Origin: Actinomycetota bacterium | GTDB taxonomy: Bacteria; Actinomycetota; Acidimicrobiia; IMCC26256; VFJJ01 | Reading direction: 5' to 3' | Assembly: GCA_009886115.1 (NCBI GenBank) | Contig: VFJJ01000065.1 | Location: forward strand, 1 to 35,411 | Length of the DNA stretch: 35,411 nucleotides | Shown: piece by piece, positions 28,064 to 35,411 of the stretch | How the letters are laid out: every line of letters begins with the position of its first letter | Numbering within the stretch: position 1 is the first letter of the stretch | The notes under the pieces: generated by a model | The model's input: the letters and a program-made list of their open reading frames with translations, nothing else | What the model was told of the DNA's origin: nothing | Database searches by the model: none | Translations under genes and position numbers: made by a program

Positions 28064-29358
28064 CGCCCGACACCCGTGTACTGGAAGCCCTTGCGGCGAA
28101 CCGCAGCCGGGTCGAGCAGGTTGCGGCAGTCGACGATCGACTTCACCGTGAGCAGCGATGCGACCTTGTCCAGGTCGTACCACCGGAACTCGTCCCACTC
28201 GGTGAGCAACACCACGAGATCGGCGCCATCGCACACGCTGTAGCCGTCGACCACGATCTCGAGACCGGGGACCGACGCCAGCGCCTTCTCTGTCGACGCG
28301 GCCGGGTCGTAGGCCCGCACCCGGGCTCCTTCGGCGAGGAGGCGGCCGGCGATGTACAGCGCCGGAGATTCGCGAAGGTCGTCGGTGTTGGCCTTGAACG
28401 TCAAGCCCCACACGGCGATCGTGCGCCCGGCGAGCTCGCCCCCGACCGCGGCCTTCACCTTCGCCACCATGCGCTCGTACTGCGCGCGGTTTCCGGCAAT
28501 GGTGCCTTCGAGGATCGGGAACGGGAATTCGACGCTCTCGGCCAGATGGTTCAACGCCGCGGTGTCCTTGGGGAAGCACGAGCCGCCGTAGCCCGGGCCG
28601 GGCCGGAGGAACTCGAAACCGATCCGCTTGTCGTAGCCCATTCCCAGCGCCACCTCGCGCACGTCGGCCCCCACCGACTCGCACAGGTTCGCCACGGCAT
28701 TGATGAAACCGATCTTGACGGCGAGGAAGGCGTTCGACGCGTACTTGACCATCTCGGCCGACGCCGGGTCGGTGACGAGCATCGCCGCCCCGAGCGTGCG
28801 ATACAGCTCGGAGACCCGAACCGCGGTGGCGGTGTCGTCGCAGCCGATCACCACCCGATCGGGGTTGAGGAAGTCGCGAACAGCCGTCCCTTCACGGAGG
28901 AACTCGGGGTTCGACGCCACTCTCACCTCCCGCGAGCCCGCCCCCGCCTCTTCGAGCACCCGCTGAACGAGACGGGTCGACCCGACCGGCATCGTCGACT
29001 TGTTCACCACGACCGTCCCCGGGTCGAGCACCGGAGCGATCTGCGCGGCGGCAGCCTCGACATAGCTCATGTCGGCCGCGCCGTTGTCGCTCTGAGGCGT
29101 GGGGACGCACAGGAACACGAAGTCGCGACGACGCGACGCGCCCTCGGCCCCGACCACGAACTGCAGCCGACCCGAGCGCAGGCCTTCGGTGACGAGCTCG
29201 AGGAGCCCCTCCTCGAGGATCGGGATGTCGCCGCGGGAGAGCCGGGCGACCCGGTCGGCGTCGACATCGCCGCACACCACCGAATGGCCGAGATGAGCGA
29301 GGCAGGCGGCCGTGGTGAGCCCGACGTAGCCGGCGCCGATGATTCCCACGCGGCTCAT
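28060..29358 (-). CDS. ugd: UDP-glucose/GDP-mannose 6-dehydrogenase
   Basis: Motifs [36 protein letters not shown] and [11 protein letters not shown]. Confidence 0.95.
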   Translation of the reverse strand: MSRVGIIGAGYVGLTTAACLAHLGHSVVCGDVDADRVARLSRGDIPILEEGLLELVTEGLRSGRLQFVVGAEGASRRRDFVFLCVPTPQSDNGAADMSYVEAAAAQIAPVLDPGTVVVNKSTMPVGSTRLVQRVLEEAGAGSREVRVASNPEFLREGTAVRDFLNPDRVVIGCDDTATAVRVSELYRTLGAAMLVTDPASAEMVKYASNAFLAVKIGFINAVANLCESVGADVREVALGMGYDKRIGFEFLRPGPGYGGSCFPKDTAALNHLAESVEFPFPILEGTIAGNRAQYERMVAKVKAAVGGELAGRTIAVWGLTFKANTDDLRESPALYIAGRLLAEGARVRAYDPAASTEKALASVPGLEIVVDGYSVCDGADLVVLLTEWDEFRWYDLDKVASLLTVKSIVDCRNLLDPAAVRRKGFQYTGVGR

Positions 29359-30218
29359 CCGGTGCCACCGAGGCCGCCACCGAGTCTGCAGGCGAGCGCG
29401 TCGTGGTAGTCGCGCAGGAGCGGGAGGCCAAGGAGCCGCAACGCGACGTTGTCGAGCACGCTGTTGGCGGGACGGCTGGCGGGACGGCCGAGCTCCGAGC
29501 TGCTGATGCGCTCGATGGGCCCCGCCGGGTCGATGCCGGCTGCGGCGACGATCTCCTCAGCGAAGCGGTGCCACGTGCACGAACCCTGGTTCGTCACGTG
29601 GAACACGCCCTGATGACGGCCGATCGCCAGACGCACCAAGGCCTCGGCCAGATCGGGAGCGTAGGTGGGCGAGCCGCGCTGGTCGTCGACGACCCGGAGC
29701 GGTTCGGCGGCTCGGGCCCGAGCGACGATGGAATCGACGAAGTTGCGCCCGCGACGGCCGAACACCCACGCGGTACGCACCAGCGTCCACGACGTGGCAT
29801 GCCGCTGCAGCTCCAGCTCGCCCCCGGCCTTCGAGCTTCCGTACACCGACTGCGGAGCCACGGCGTCCCACTCGTGGTAGGGCTCGGCCTTGGCCCCGCC
29901 GAAGACGTAGTCGGTCGAAACGTGCACCACATGGGCGCCGATGCGGGAAGCGGCAACGGCCACATGACGCACGGCCAGCGCATTGTCGCGCCAGGCCCGT
30001 TCGGGATCGGCTTCGCACCCGTCGACGTCGGTCCAGGCGCCGCAGTGCACGACCGCCTCAGGGAGGACGCGGCCGAGGATCTGCTCGACGGCATCACGGT
30101 CGCCGATGTCGAGCCCATGATGATCGAGACCGACGACCTCGTGGCGGGTCTGACGTTCGAGGAGGCCGACAACCTCGGCTCCGACCTGGCCACCAGCACC
30201 TGTGACGACGAACCTCAT
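29355..30218 (-). CDS. rfbD: dTDP-4-dehydrorhamnose reductase
   Basis: Motifs TGAGGQVG, AWTDVDGCE, STDYVF, YGSSK, VDDQRGSPT and RPANSVL. Confidence 0.95.
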   Translation of the reverse strand: MRFVVTGAGGQVGAEVVGLLERQTRHEVVGLDHHGLDIGDRDAVEQILGRVLPEAVVHCGAWTDVDGCEADPERAWRDNALAVRHVAVAASRIGAHVVHVSTDYVFGGAKAEPYHEWDAVAPQSVYGSSKAGGELELQRHATSWTLVRTAWVFGRRGRNFVDSIVARARAAEPLRVVDDQRGSPTYAPDLAEALVRLAIGRHQGVFHVTNQGSCTWHRFAEEIVAAAGIDPAGPIERISSSELGRPASRPANSVLDNVALRLLGLPLLRDYHDALACRLGGGLGGTG

Positions 30219-31249
30219 CAGCCCGTGGGCCCGACGGAGCTCGCCGTCGCCCACGCGTGGCTTTCAGCGACCGGCGCCCGGCCCTTGAGCGACTCCCACC
30301 AGCTGCGGTGCTCGGCGTACCAGCGGACGGTCTCGTCGAGCCCGGCATCGAAGTCGATCGTCGGGGCCCAGCCCAGCTCGCTGCGGATCTTGGTGCTGTC
30401 GAGGAGGTAACGCCGGTCATGACCGGGCCGGTCGGGTACGACGGTCTTGAGCGTCGATGGCTTGCCCAGCGCATCGAGGATCCGATCGGCGAGCTGCTCG
30501 ACGCTCGCCTCGACACCCGATCCCACGTTGTAGGTCGCGCCGACGTCGCCCCGCACGAGCACCAGGTCGATGGCCCGGCAGTGGTCGGTCACGTGCAGCC
30601 ACTCCCGACGGTTCTGCGACGACTGGTAGATCGGCAACGGCAGATCGTCCAGCGCGTTCGTCGCAAACAGCGGGATGACCTTCTCGGGGAACTGGTAGGG
30701 CCCGTAGTTGTTGGAGCAGTTCGTGATGGTGATCGGCAGGCCGAAGGTCTCGTGGTAGGCCCGCACGGCGTGGTCGGCTCCGGCCTTCGAGGCGTTGTAC
30801 GGCGTGCGGGGCCGGTAGGGGGTGTCCTCGGTGAAGACCTCGTCGGAGTCGAGCGGGAGATCGCCGTAGACCTCGCACGTGGAGACGTGGTGGAAGCGCT
30901 CGACGCCGGCATGCCGAGCCGCCTCGAGCAGGCCCTGGGTGCCGATGACGTTGGTGCGGAAGAACCGGCCCGGGTCGACGACCGCCAGGCTGTTGTGCGA
31001 CTCGGCCGCGAAGTTCACGATCACCTCGATGCGCTGCTCGCGCAGGAGGTGCGTCGCCAGCTCGAGGTTGCCGATGTCGCCCTGGACGAAGAGGGCTCCC
31101 CGAGCCTCGCAGTCGGCCAGCGACGGGCGGTTCCCGGCGTAGGTGAGCACGTCGTACGCCACCACGTGGTCGCCGGGATGCTCGTCGAGCCAGTACCGCA
31201 CGAAGTTGGAGCCGATGAAGCCGGCGCCGCCGGTCACGAGGATTCGCAC
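30218..31249 (-). CDS. rfbB: dTDP-glucose 4,6-dehydratase
   Basis: Motifs TGGAGFIGSNF, LTYAGN, NFAAESH, YNASKA, NCSNNYGPYQFPEK and DRPGHDRRY. The start is GTG 31249. Confidence 0.96.
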   Translation of the reverse strand: MRILVTGGAGFIGSNFVRYWLDEHPGDHVVAYDVLTYAGNRPSLADCEARGALFVQGDIGNLELATHLLREQRIEVIVNFAAESHNSLAVVDPGRFFRTNVIGTQGLLEAARHAGVERFHHVSTCEVYGDLPLDSDEVFTEDTPYRPRTPYNASKAGADHAVRAYHETFGLPITITNCSNNYGPYQFPEKVIPLFATNALDDLPLPIYQSSQNRREWLHVTDHCRAIDLVLVRGDVGATYNVGSGVEASVEQLADRILDALGKPSTLKTVVPDRPGHDRRYLLDSTKIRSELGWAPTIDFDAGLDETVRWYAEHRSWWESLKGRAPVAESHAWATASSVGPTG

Positions 31250-31317
31250 GGGGCCGAAGGTTAGGCGCTCGACCGGAATGCTTCGGACACCGGGCGTCGG
31301 ATTGCCCGTGGCCAACC

Positions 31318-32907
31318 TCAGCAGGGCAACTCGGCAACGGCGAGTCCGGCAGCGTCGCTGATGCCGGCCTGCTCGGCCACCGGGACGGTCGTGCCGGTGG
31401 TGGCCACGCTGGTGGGTGGCGCCTGGGTGCTCGACGTGGACGAGGGGCGCGAACCAGGCCGGGTCGTCGATGTCGTGACTCTCGTGGTGGTTGTGGTGGT
31501 GGTGTTCGTCGGCGGCAGGTCTTCCTCGCGGAATTCGTTGACCGGCTTGTCGAGGACGCTCACGGGCTCCGACCCCACGACGAGCTCCACGTCCGCCCCG
31601 TCGATGAAGAGCACGGGCACGAGTCGGTGCGGGCCTTCGAGGTACCGGGCGACGAGCTCGGCCTTGTCGACCGCATCGAGCTGTCCTTCGGCGTAGCGGA
31701 CCTCGGTGACCGCGACCGTGTCGGGACCGGCGACGACATCGCCGACTCGAAAGCCCCGGTCGTCGAGCGCCCCGTTCACGGCGCCGACATCCTGGCCGCC
31801 GCCGGAGCCGTCGACCGTGCGAAGCCGCACGTCGGGCTCGATGCTGCCCACGCGGAACGGCCGGAGGAACGGCTCGGCGGTACGGATCGAGAAGTTGACC
31901 GCTCCGGGTGTGAGCGTGATCGGCAGCGTCCGCATCGGGACCTTGTCGGGATCGACGTCGAGGAGCTGACGGGCGAGGCCGAACGCCAGGTCGAAGTCGG
32001 CGAGGTTCGGGTCGACCACGAGCGGGTCCATCACCGCCTTGAGGAGGTCGTCGAGCTGGCCGAGGTCGCCGCCGATCTGGCCCTTGGCGGTGCTGGCCAG
32101 CCGGCGCAGCAGGTCCTGCTGACGGCGCGTCCGGGCGATGTCGCTGTTGGTCGGATCGGGCTTCCAGCGGCCGTCGACGAACGACTGAAAATGCCGGGAA
32201 CGGGCATACGCCAGGGCCTGTCCACCGTCGAGGGTCTGGCATTCACCACCCACGTCGAGGCCCGTGAAGGCGTCACGAGCGGGGAAGTAGAAGTAGACGA
32301 CCACGCCTCCGACCTCGTCGACGATGTCCTTCACGCCTGCGAAGTCGACCTGCACGTAGTGGTGGACGGGCACGAGGAAGTTCTTCTTCACCGTGTCGAT
32401 GAGACGCTCGACGCCGGCGGCAGGATCGTTCCGATCGGTGAGCGCCTCGTTGATGGGACGGGTCCCGCGCCCGGGTATCTCGACGAGCGTGTCGCGGGGG
32501 ATCGACAGGACGTACGCGAAGTCGTTCTCGGGCTCGACGCGAACCAGCATGATGACGTCGGCGCAGTTGCACCCGGCCGACGCGTCGCCGAAGCCCGTGC
32601 CCGACAGGTTGGCCCGGCTGTCGGTGCCGACGACGAGGAAGTTCTGCGGCGCCGACGGTGGCGGCGCCTTGCCCGACGGCGCGGTGACGATCTCGTCATC
32701 GGATCCGGTTTGTGCCCGATCGTCGGGGATCGTGTCGAGGACATCGGCCACGGCGTCGGGGAGCACGTCGATGCTGCTCTCGAAATCGTTGCGGGCCTTG
32801 GCTCTGACGCCCTCGACGGCGACCACCATGACCACGGTCGTGACGAGTACGGCGATGCCGAGTCGCGACAGGAACCGCACCGACGAGCCCGACAGCGAGA
32901 CCTTCAT
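31318..32907 (-). CDS. LCP (LytR-CpsA-Psr) family transferase with LytR_C domain (copy 1)
   Basis: One TM, motifs NFLVVGTDSR, SIPRDT, VDFAG, ALAYARSR and DIARTRRQQ, and a Thr tail ending ELPC. Confidence 0.93.
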   Translation of the reverse strand: MKVSLSGSSVRFLSRLGIAVLVTTVVMVVAVEGVRAKARNDFESSIDVLPDAVADVLDTIPDDRAQTGSDDEIVTAPSGKAPPPSAPQNFLVVGTDSRANLSGTGFGDASAGCNCADVIMLVRVEPENDFAYVLSIPRDTLVEIPGRGTRPINEALTDRNDPAAGVERLIDTVKKNFLVPVHHYVQVDFAGVKDIVDEVGGVVVYFYFPARDAFTGLDVGGECQTLDGGQALAYARSRHFQSFVDGRWKPDPTNSDIARTRRQQDLLRRLASTAKGQIGGDLGQLDDLLKAVMDPLVVDPNLADFDLAFGLARQLLDVDPDKVPMRTLPITLTPGAVNFSIRTAEPFLRPFRVGSIEPDVRLRTVDGSGGGQDVGAVNGALDDRGFRVGDVVAGPDTVAVTEVRYAEGQLDAVDKAELVARYLEGPHRLVPVLFIDGADVELVVGSEPVSVLDKPVNEFREEDLPPTNTTTTTTTRVTTSTTRPGSRPSSTSSTQAPPTSVATTGTTVPVAEQAGISDAAGLAVAELPC

Positions 32908-32963
32908 AGGGCGGGGATGCTACCGGCGCCGAATCGGCCATATACCGCGGCCCCCGGGCACGC

Positions 32964-34550
32964 TCAGCAGGGCGTGGGCGGGACGTCGAGCGCGTCCGCA
33001 TCGGCGATACCGGCCTGCTCGGCGACCGGGATGGTGGTCACGATCGAGCCTCCGGTGACGGGCGGGGCGCCGGTCGTGGTGCTCGAGGGAGCAGGCGCTC
33101 CGGGTCGAGTCGATGGGGGTGCGGCCACGGTCGTGATGGTCGTCGGGGGAAGGTCGTCGTCACGGAACTGAGCGACAGGCTCGGCGAGAACGCTCAGCGC
33201 CTCCGAACCCACGACGAGCTCGACGTCGGCGCCCTCGAGGGCGAGCACCGGCACCAACCGGTGGGGACCGTCGAGGTGACGGGCGACGAGCTGGGCCTTG
33301 GCCAGGCTGGCTGGTTGCCCGGCGACGTAGCGGACCTCGGCGGTCGAGACGTCGTCGGGACGGGGAGCGACGTCGTCGACGCGAAAGCCCGAGGCGCCGA
33401 GCGCGAAATTGACGGCGTCGGCAGCTTCGGAGCCCCCCGAGGCGTCGAGAACCCGGAGCCGCACCTCGCCGGGCACGTTGCCGAGCCGGAACGGCGCCAG
33501 GTAGGGCTCGGCCGCGCCGGGCGAGAACGACAGGTACGACGCTCCCTCGATGTTCGTGAAGCTCACGGGGAGGGTCCGCATCTGGATCGTCGCGGGGTCG
33601 ATGTCGCGCAGCTCCCGCGCCAGGTTGAACGCCGTGTCGAAGTCGAGGGTCGGGTCGAGCGTCAGCGGATCGGTCATGGCGTCGACGAGGTCGGAGAGCT
33701 TGCCCAGGCTGTCGCCGATGTCGGCGTTCGCCGTCTGCGCCACGCGCCGCAGCAGGTCCTGCTGGCGGTGCGAGCGCGTGAGGTCGCTGTTGAACGGGTC
33801 GCTCTTCCAGCGTCCGTCGACGTATTCCTGGAAGTGGCGGGAACGGGCGTAGGCCAGTGCCGTGGCGCCGTCCATGTCGACACAGCCTCCGGCGACACTC
33901 AGCCCGGAGTAGGCGTCGCGCGCCGGGTAGTAGAGGAACACCGTGACACCGCCCAGGGCGTTCACGATGTGCTCGACGCCAGCGAAGTCGACCTGCACGT
34001 AGTGGTGGATCGGGATCTGGAAGTTGTCCTTCACCGTCTCGATGAGTCGCACGATGCCCTTGTTCGGGTCGTCGCGATCCGAGAGGGCCTCGTTGATGCG
34101 GCCCTGGCGGCCCCAGCCCGAGATCGTGACCAGCGTGTCACGAGGGATCGACAGCACGTAGGCGAAGTCGTTCTGGGGCTCCACCCGCACGATCATGATC
34201 ACGTCGGCGCGTGATCCTCCGGCGGTCGTCTCGCTCCCGAAGCCCGGACCCGACATGTTCGCCCGGCTGTCGGTACCGACGAGGAGGAAGTTCTGCGGCG
34301 CCGACGGAGGCGGGGTCCGCTCGGTGGCGACGGTCACGACCCGGCCGTCGGGCCCGGTGACGACCGCTCCGCCCGCCTGGGGATCGAGCGCAGCCCCCAC
34401 CTCCTCGTCGAGGAAGGCGACGTCGAACTCGTCGCGCGCCTTGGCCCGGACCCCTTCCACGGCCGCCACCATGACGACGGTCGTGACGAGCACCGCGATC
34501 CCGAGTCGGGACAGGAACCGCATCAACGAACCCGACAGCGAGATTCTCAT
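32964..34550 (-). CDS. LCP family transferase with LytR_C domain (copy 2)
   Basis: Motifs NFLLVGTDSR, RADVIM, SIPRDT, ALAYARSR and DLTRSHRQQ, ending TPC. ATG 34550 was chosen by alignment to copy 1. Confidence 0.93.
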   Translation of the reverse strand: MRISLSGSLMRFLSRLGIAVLVTTVVMVAAVEGVRAKARDEFDVAFLDEEVGAALDPQAGGAVVTGPDGRVVTVATERTPPPSAPQNFLLVGTDSRANMSGPGFGSETTAGGSRADVIMIVRVEPQNDFAYVLSIPRDTLVTISGWGRQGRINEALSDRDDPNKGIVRLIETVKDNFQIPIHHYVQVDFAGVEHIVNALGGVTVFLYYPARDAYSGLSVAGGCVDMDGATALAYARSRHFQEYVDGRWKSDPFNSDLTRSHRQQDLLRRVAQTANADIGDSLGKLSDLVDAMTDPLTLDPTLDFDTAFNLARELRDIDPATIQMRTLPVSFTNIEGASYLSFSPGAAEPYLAPFRLGNVPGEVRLRVLDASGGSEAADAVNFALGASGFRVDDVAPRPDDVSTAEVRYVAGQPASLAKAQLVARHLDGPHRLVPVLALEGADVELVVGSEALSVLAEPVAQFRDDDLPPTTITTVAAPPSTRPGAPAPSSTTTGAPPVTGGSIVTTIPVAEQAGIADADALDVPPTPC

Positions 34551-34709
34551 GAGGGGCGAGATTCTACCGACCAGGTCCGGGGCTCCGACCCGCAGGGCCC
34601 TCTGCCCCCTTGGGGTCGCGCATCCCTGGTGGAAACCGTCCCGCGTCGGGGCTACCGGTGGAACGAGGCGGTCCGCGTGGACCAACCCTGAGTCCGGCGC
34701 TGGTGCTGC

Positions 34710-35411
34710 TCAGCAGGGAAGGACCAGCGGCGCTGGCGCCGTGGGCTCGGGAGCGGCCTGGTCGGGGCGGGTGACCGAGGCCAGCCTCGTGGTGAGCGTG
34801 ACCGGGTCGACCGGGTCGACTGGGCCGACTGGGCCGACCGCGCCGCCGTCGGCCGCGGCAGCCTCGGCCTCCTCGGCGATGGGTCGGAAGTCCTTGCCCA
34901 GCACGACCTCGACGTCGACGCCCGCCAACTCGAGGATCGGAACCAAGCGACCGACGCCGAGGTGGAATGCCGCCAGCTCGGCCTTCTCCCTGGCGCCGTC
35001 ACGGCCCTCGGCGTAGCGGATCTCGGTCTCGTCGAGACCGAACTCGTCGGCATCGGTGAGGTCGACCACCACGAAACCCTTGGCGGTGAGGAGGTCGCCA
35101 CCCGCACCAGCCAGGCCGGCGGTCCCGTCGCCGTTGAAGACGATGAGGCGCACCTCGCCAGGGGCCAGGTCGTTCGGCGGGGTGGGCGCGGGAGGCGCAG
35201 GCACGTCGTTGAAGGGCGCGAGTGTCTCGGCCACGGCGTCCTCGTCGAAGAACAGCACCGAAGCCTCGCCAACCCGGCCGAGCCGGGTGGGGATCTGGGT
35301 CATCACCACCTCGTCGGTGTCGATGGCGCGCAGGCTCTCGGCCAGGTCGAAGGCGTCCTGGAAGCGGAACCCGTCGTCGACGGTGAGTGACCGCAAGATC
35401 GTGTCGGCCAC
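34710..35411 (-). CDS. LCP family protein, C-terminal part with LytR_C domain (copy 3, 5' end outside the window)
   Basis: Motifs LTVDDGF, VRLIVFNGDGTAGLA, TEIRYAEG and VDVEVVLGKDF, ending LPC. It is homologous to the C-terminal halves of copies 1 and 2. Confidence 0.85.
   Translation of the reverse strand: MADTILRSLTVDDGFRFQDAFDLAESLRAIDTDEVVMTQIPTRLGRVGEASVLFFDEDAVAETLAPFNDVPAPPAPTPPNDLAPGEVRLIVFNGDGTAGLAGAGGDLLTAKGFVVVDLTDADEFGLDETEIRYAEGRDGAREKAELAAFHLGVGRLVPILELAGVDVEVVLGKDFRPIAEEAEAAAADGGAVGPVGPVDPVDPVTLTTRLASVTRPDQAAPEPTAPAPLVLPC

Noticed and set aside
29355..31249. Missing rfbA/rfbC as evidence of a novel rhamnose pathway
   Set aside because: rml genes are commonly split across loci in actinobacteria, and they may simply lie outside this window.
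27098..32242. Apparent long N-terminal extensions of uxs (to 28684) and rfbB (to 32242), and likewise GMPP (to 24508) and ahcY (to 3594)
   Set aside because: The extensions overlap upstream genes in another frame. Family N-terminal motifs and coupled start/stop codons define the shorter starts.

Overview
High-GC actinobacterial chromosomal DNA, most consistent with Acidimicrobiia (inferred from the protein families and gene style). The window is a core cell-envelope and SAM-cycle locus, mostly on the minus strand. From recalled synteny it matches the M. tuberculosis Rv3242c-Rv3267 region (comF, sahH, pmm, fbiA/B, GMPP, wbbL, rmlD, LCP). From right to left it contains: three tandem LCP transferases; rfbB, rfbD, ugd and uxs; two GT2s; a His-motif surface protein; an NDP-sugar pyrophosphorylase and an epimerase; a Phd/VapC toxin-antitoxin pair; cofD-cofE; a TIGR03086 protein; a giant GT2-membrane protein; a DUF5719-like protein; a thioredoxin-like protein; a divergent ftsH/CPBP protease pair; a small Zn-ribbon gene; a GT-C-like membrane protein; PMM, Trm112 and PGI/PMI; ahcY; mtnA; and comF (truncated at the left edge and missing from the ORF track). 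I found no rRNA, tRNA, CRISPR array, transposase or phage gene. The best leads are: (1) Thr-rich loops inserted inside several unrelated exported proteins next to a full mannose/rhamnose/xylose donor and GT-C/LCP toolkit, which suggests a surface glycoprotein system; (2) LCP triplication with a conserved terminal Cys and an Arg-to-Cys change; (3) the apparent absence of whiB2 and mtrAB-lpqB from their usual slots; (4) a PafBC-like promoter on comF and a sigma28-like promoter on the Zn-ribbon gene; (5) related REP-like palindromes on both sides of mtnA. All family calls come from motif recognition, not database searches.
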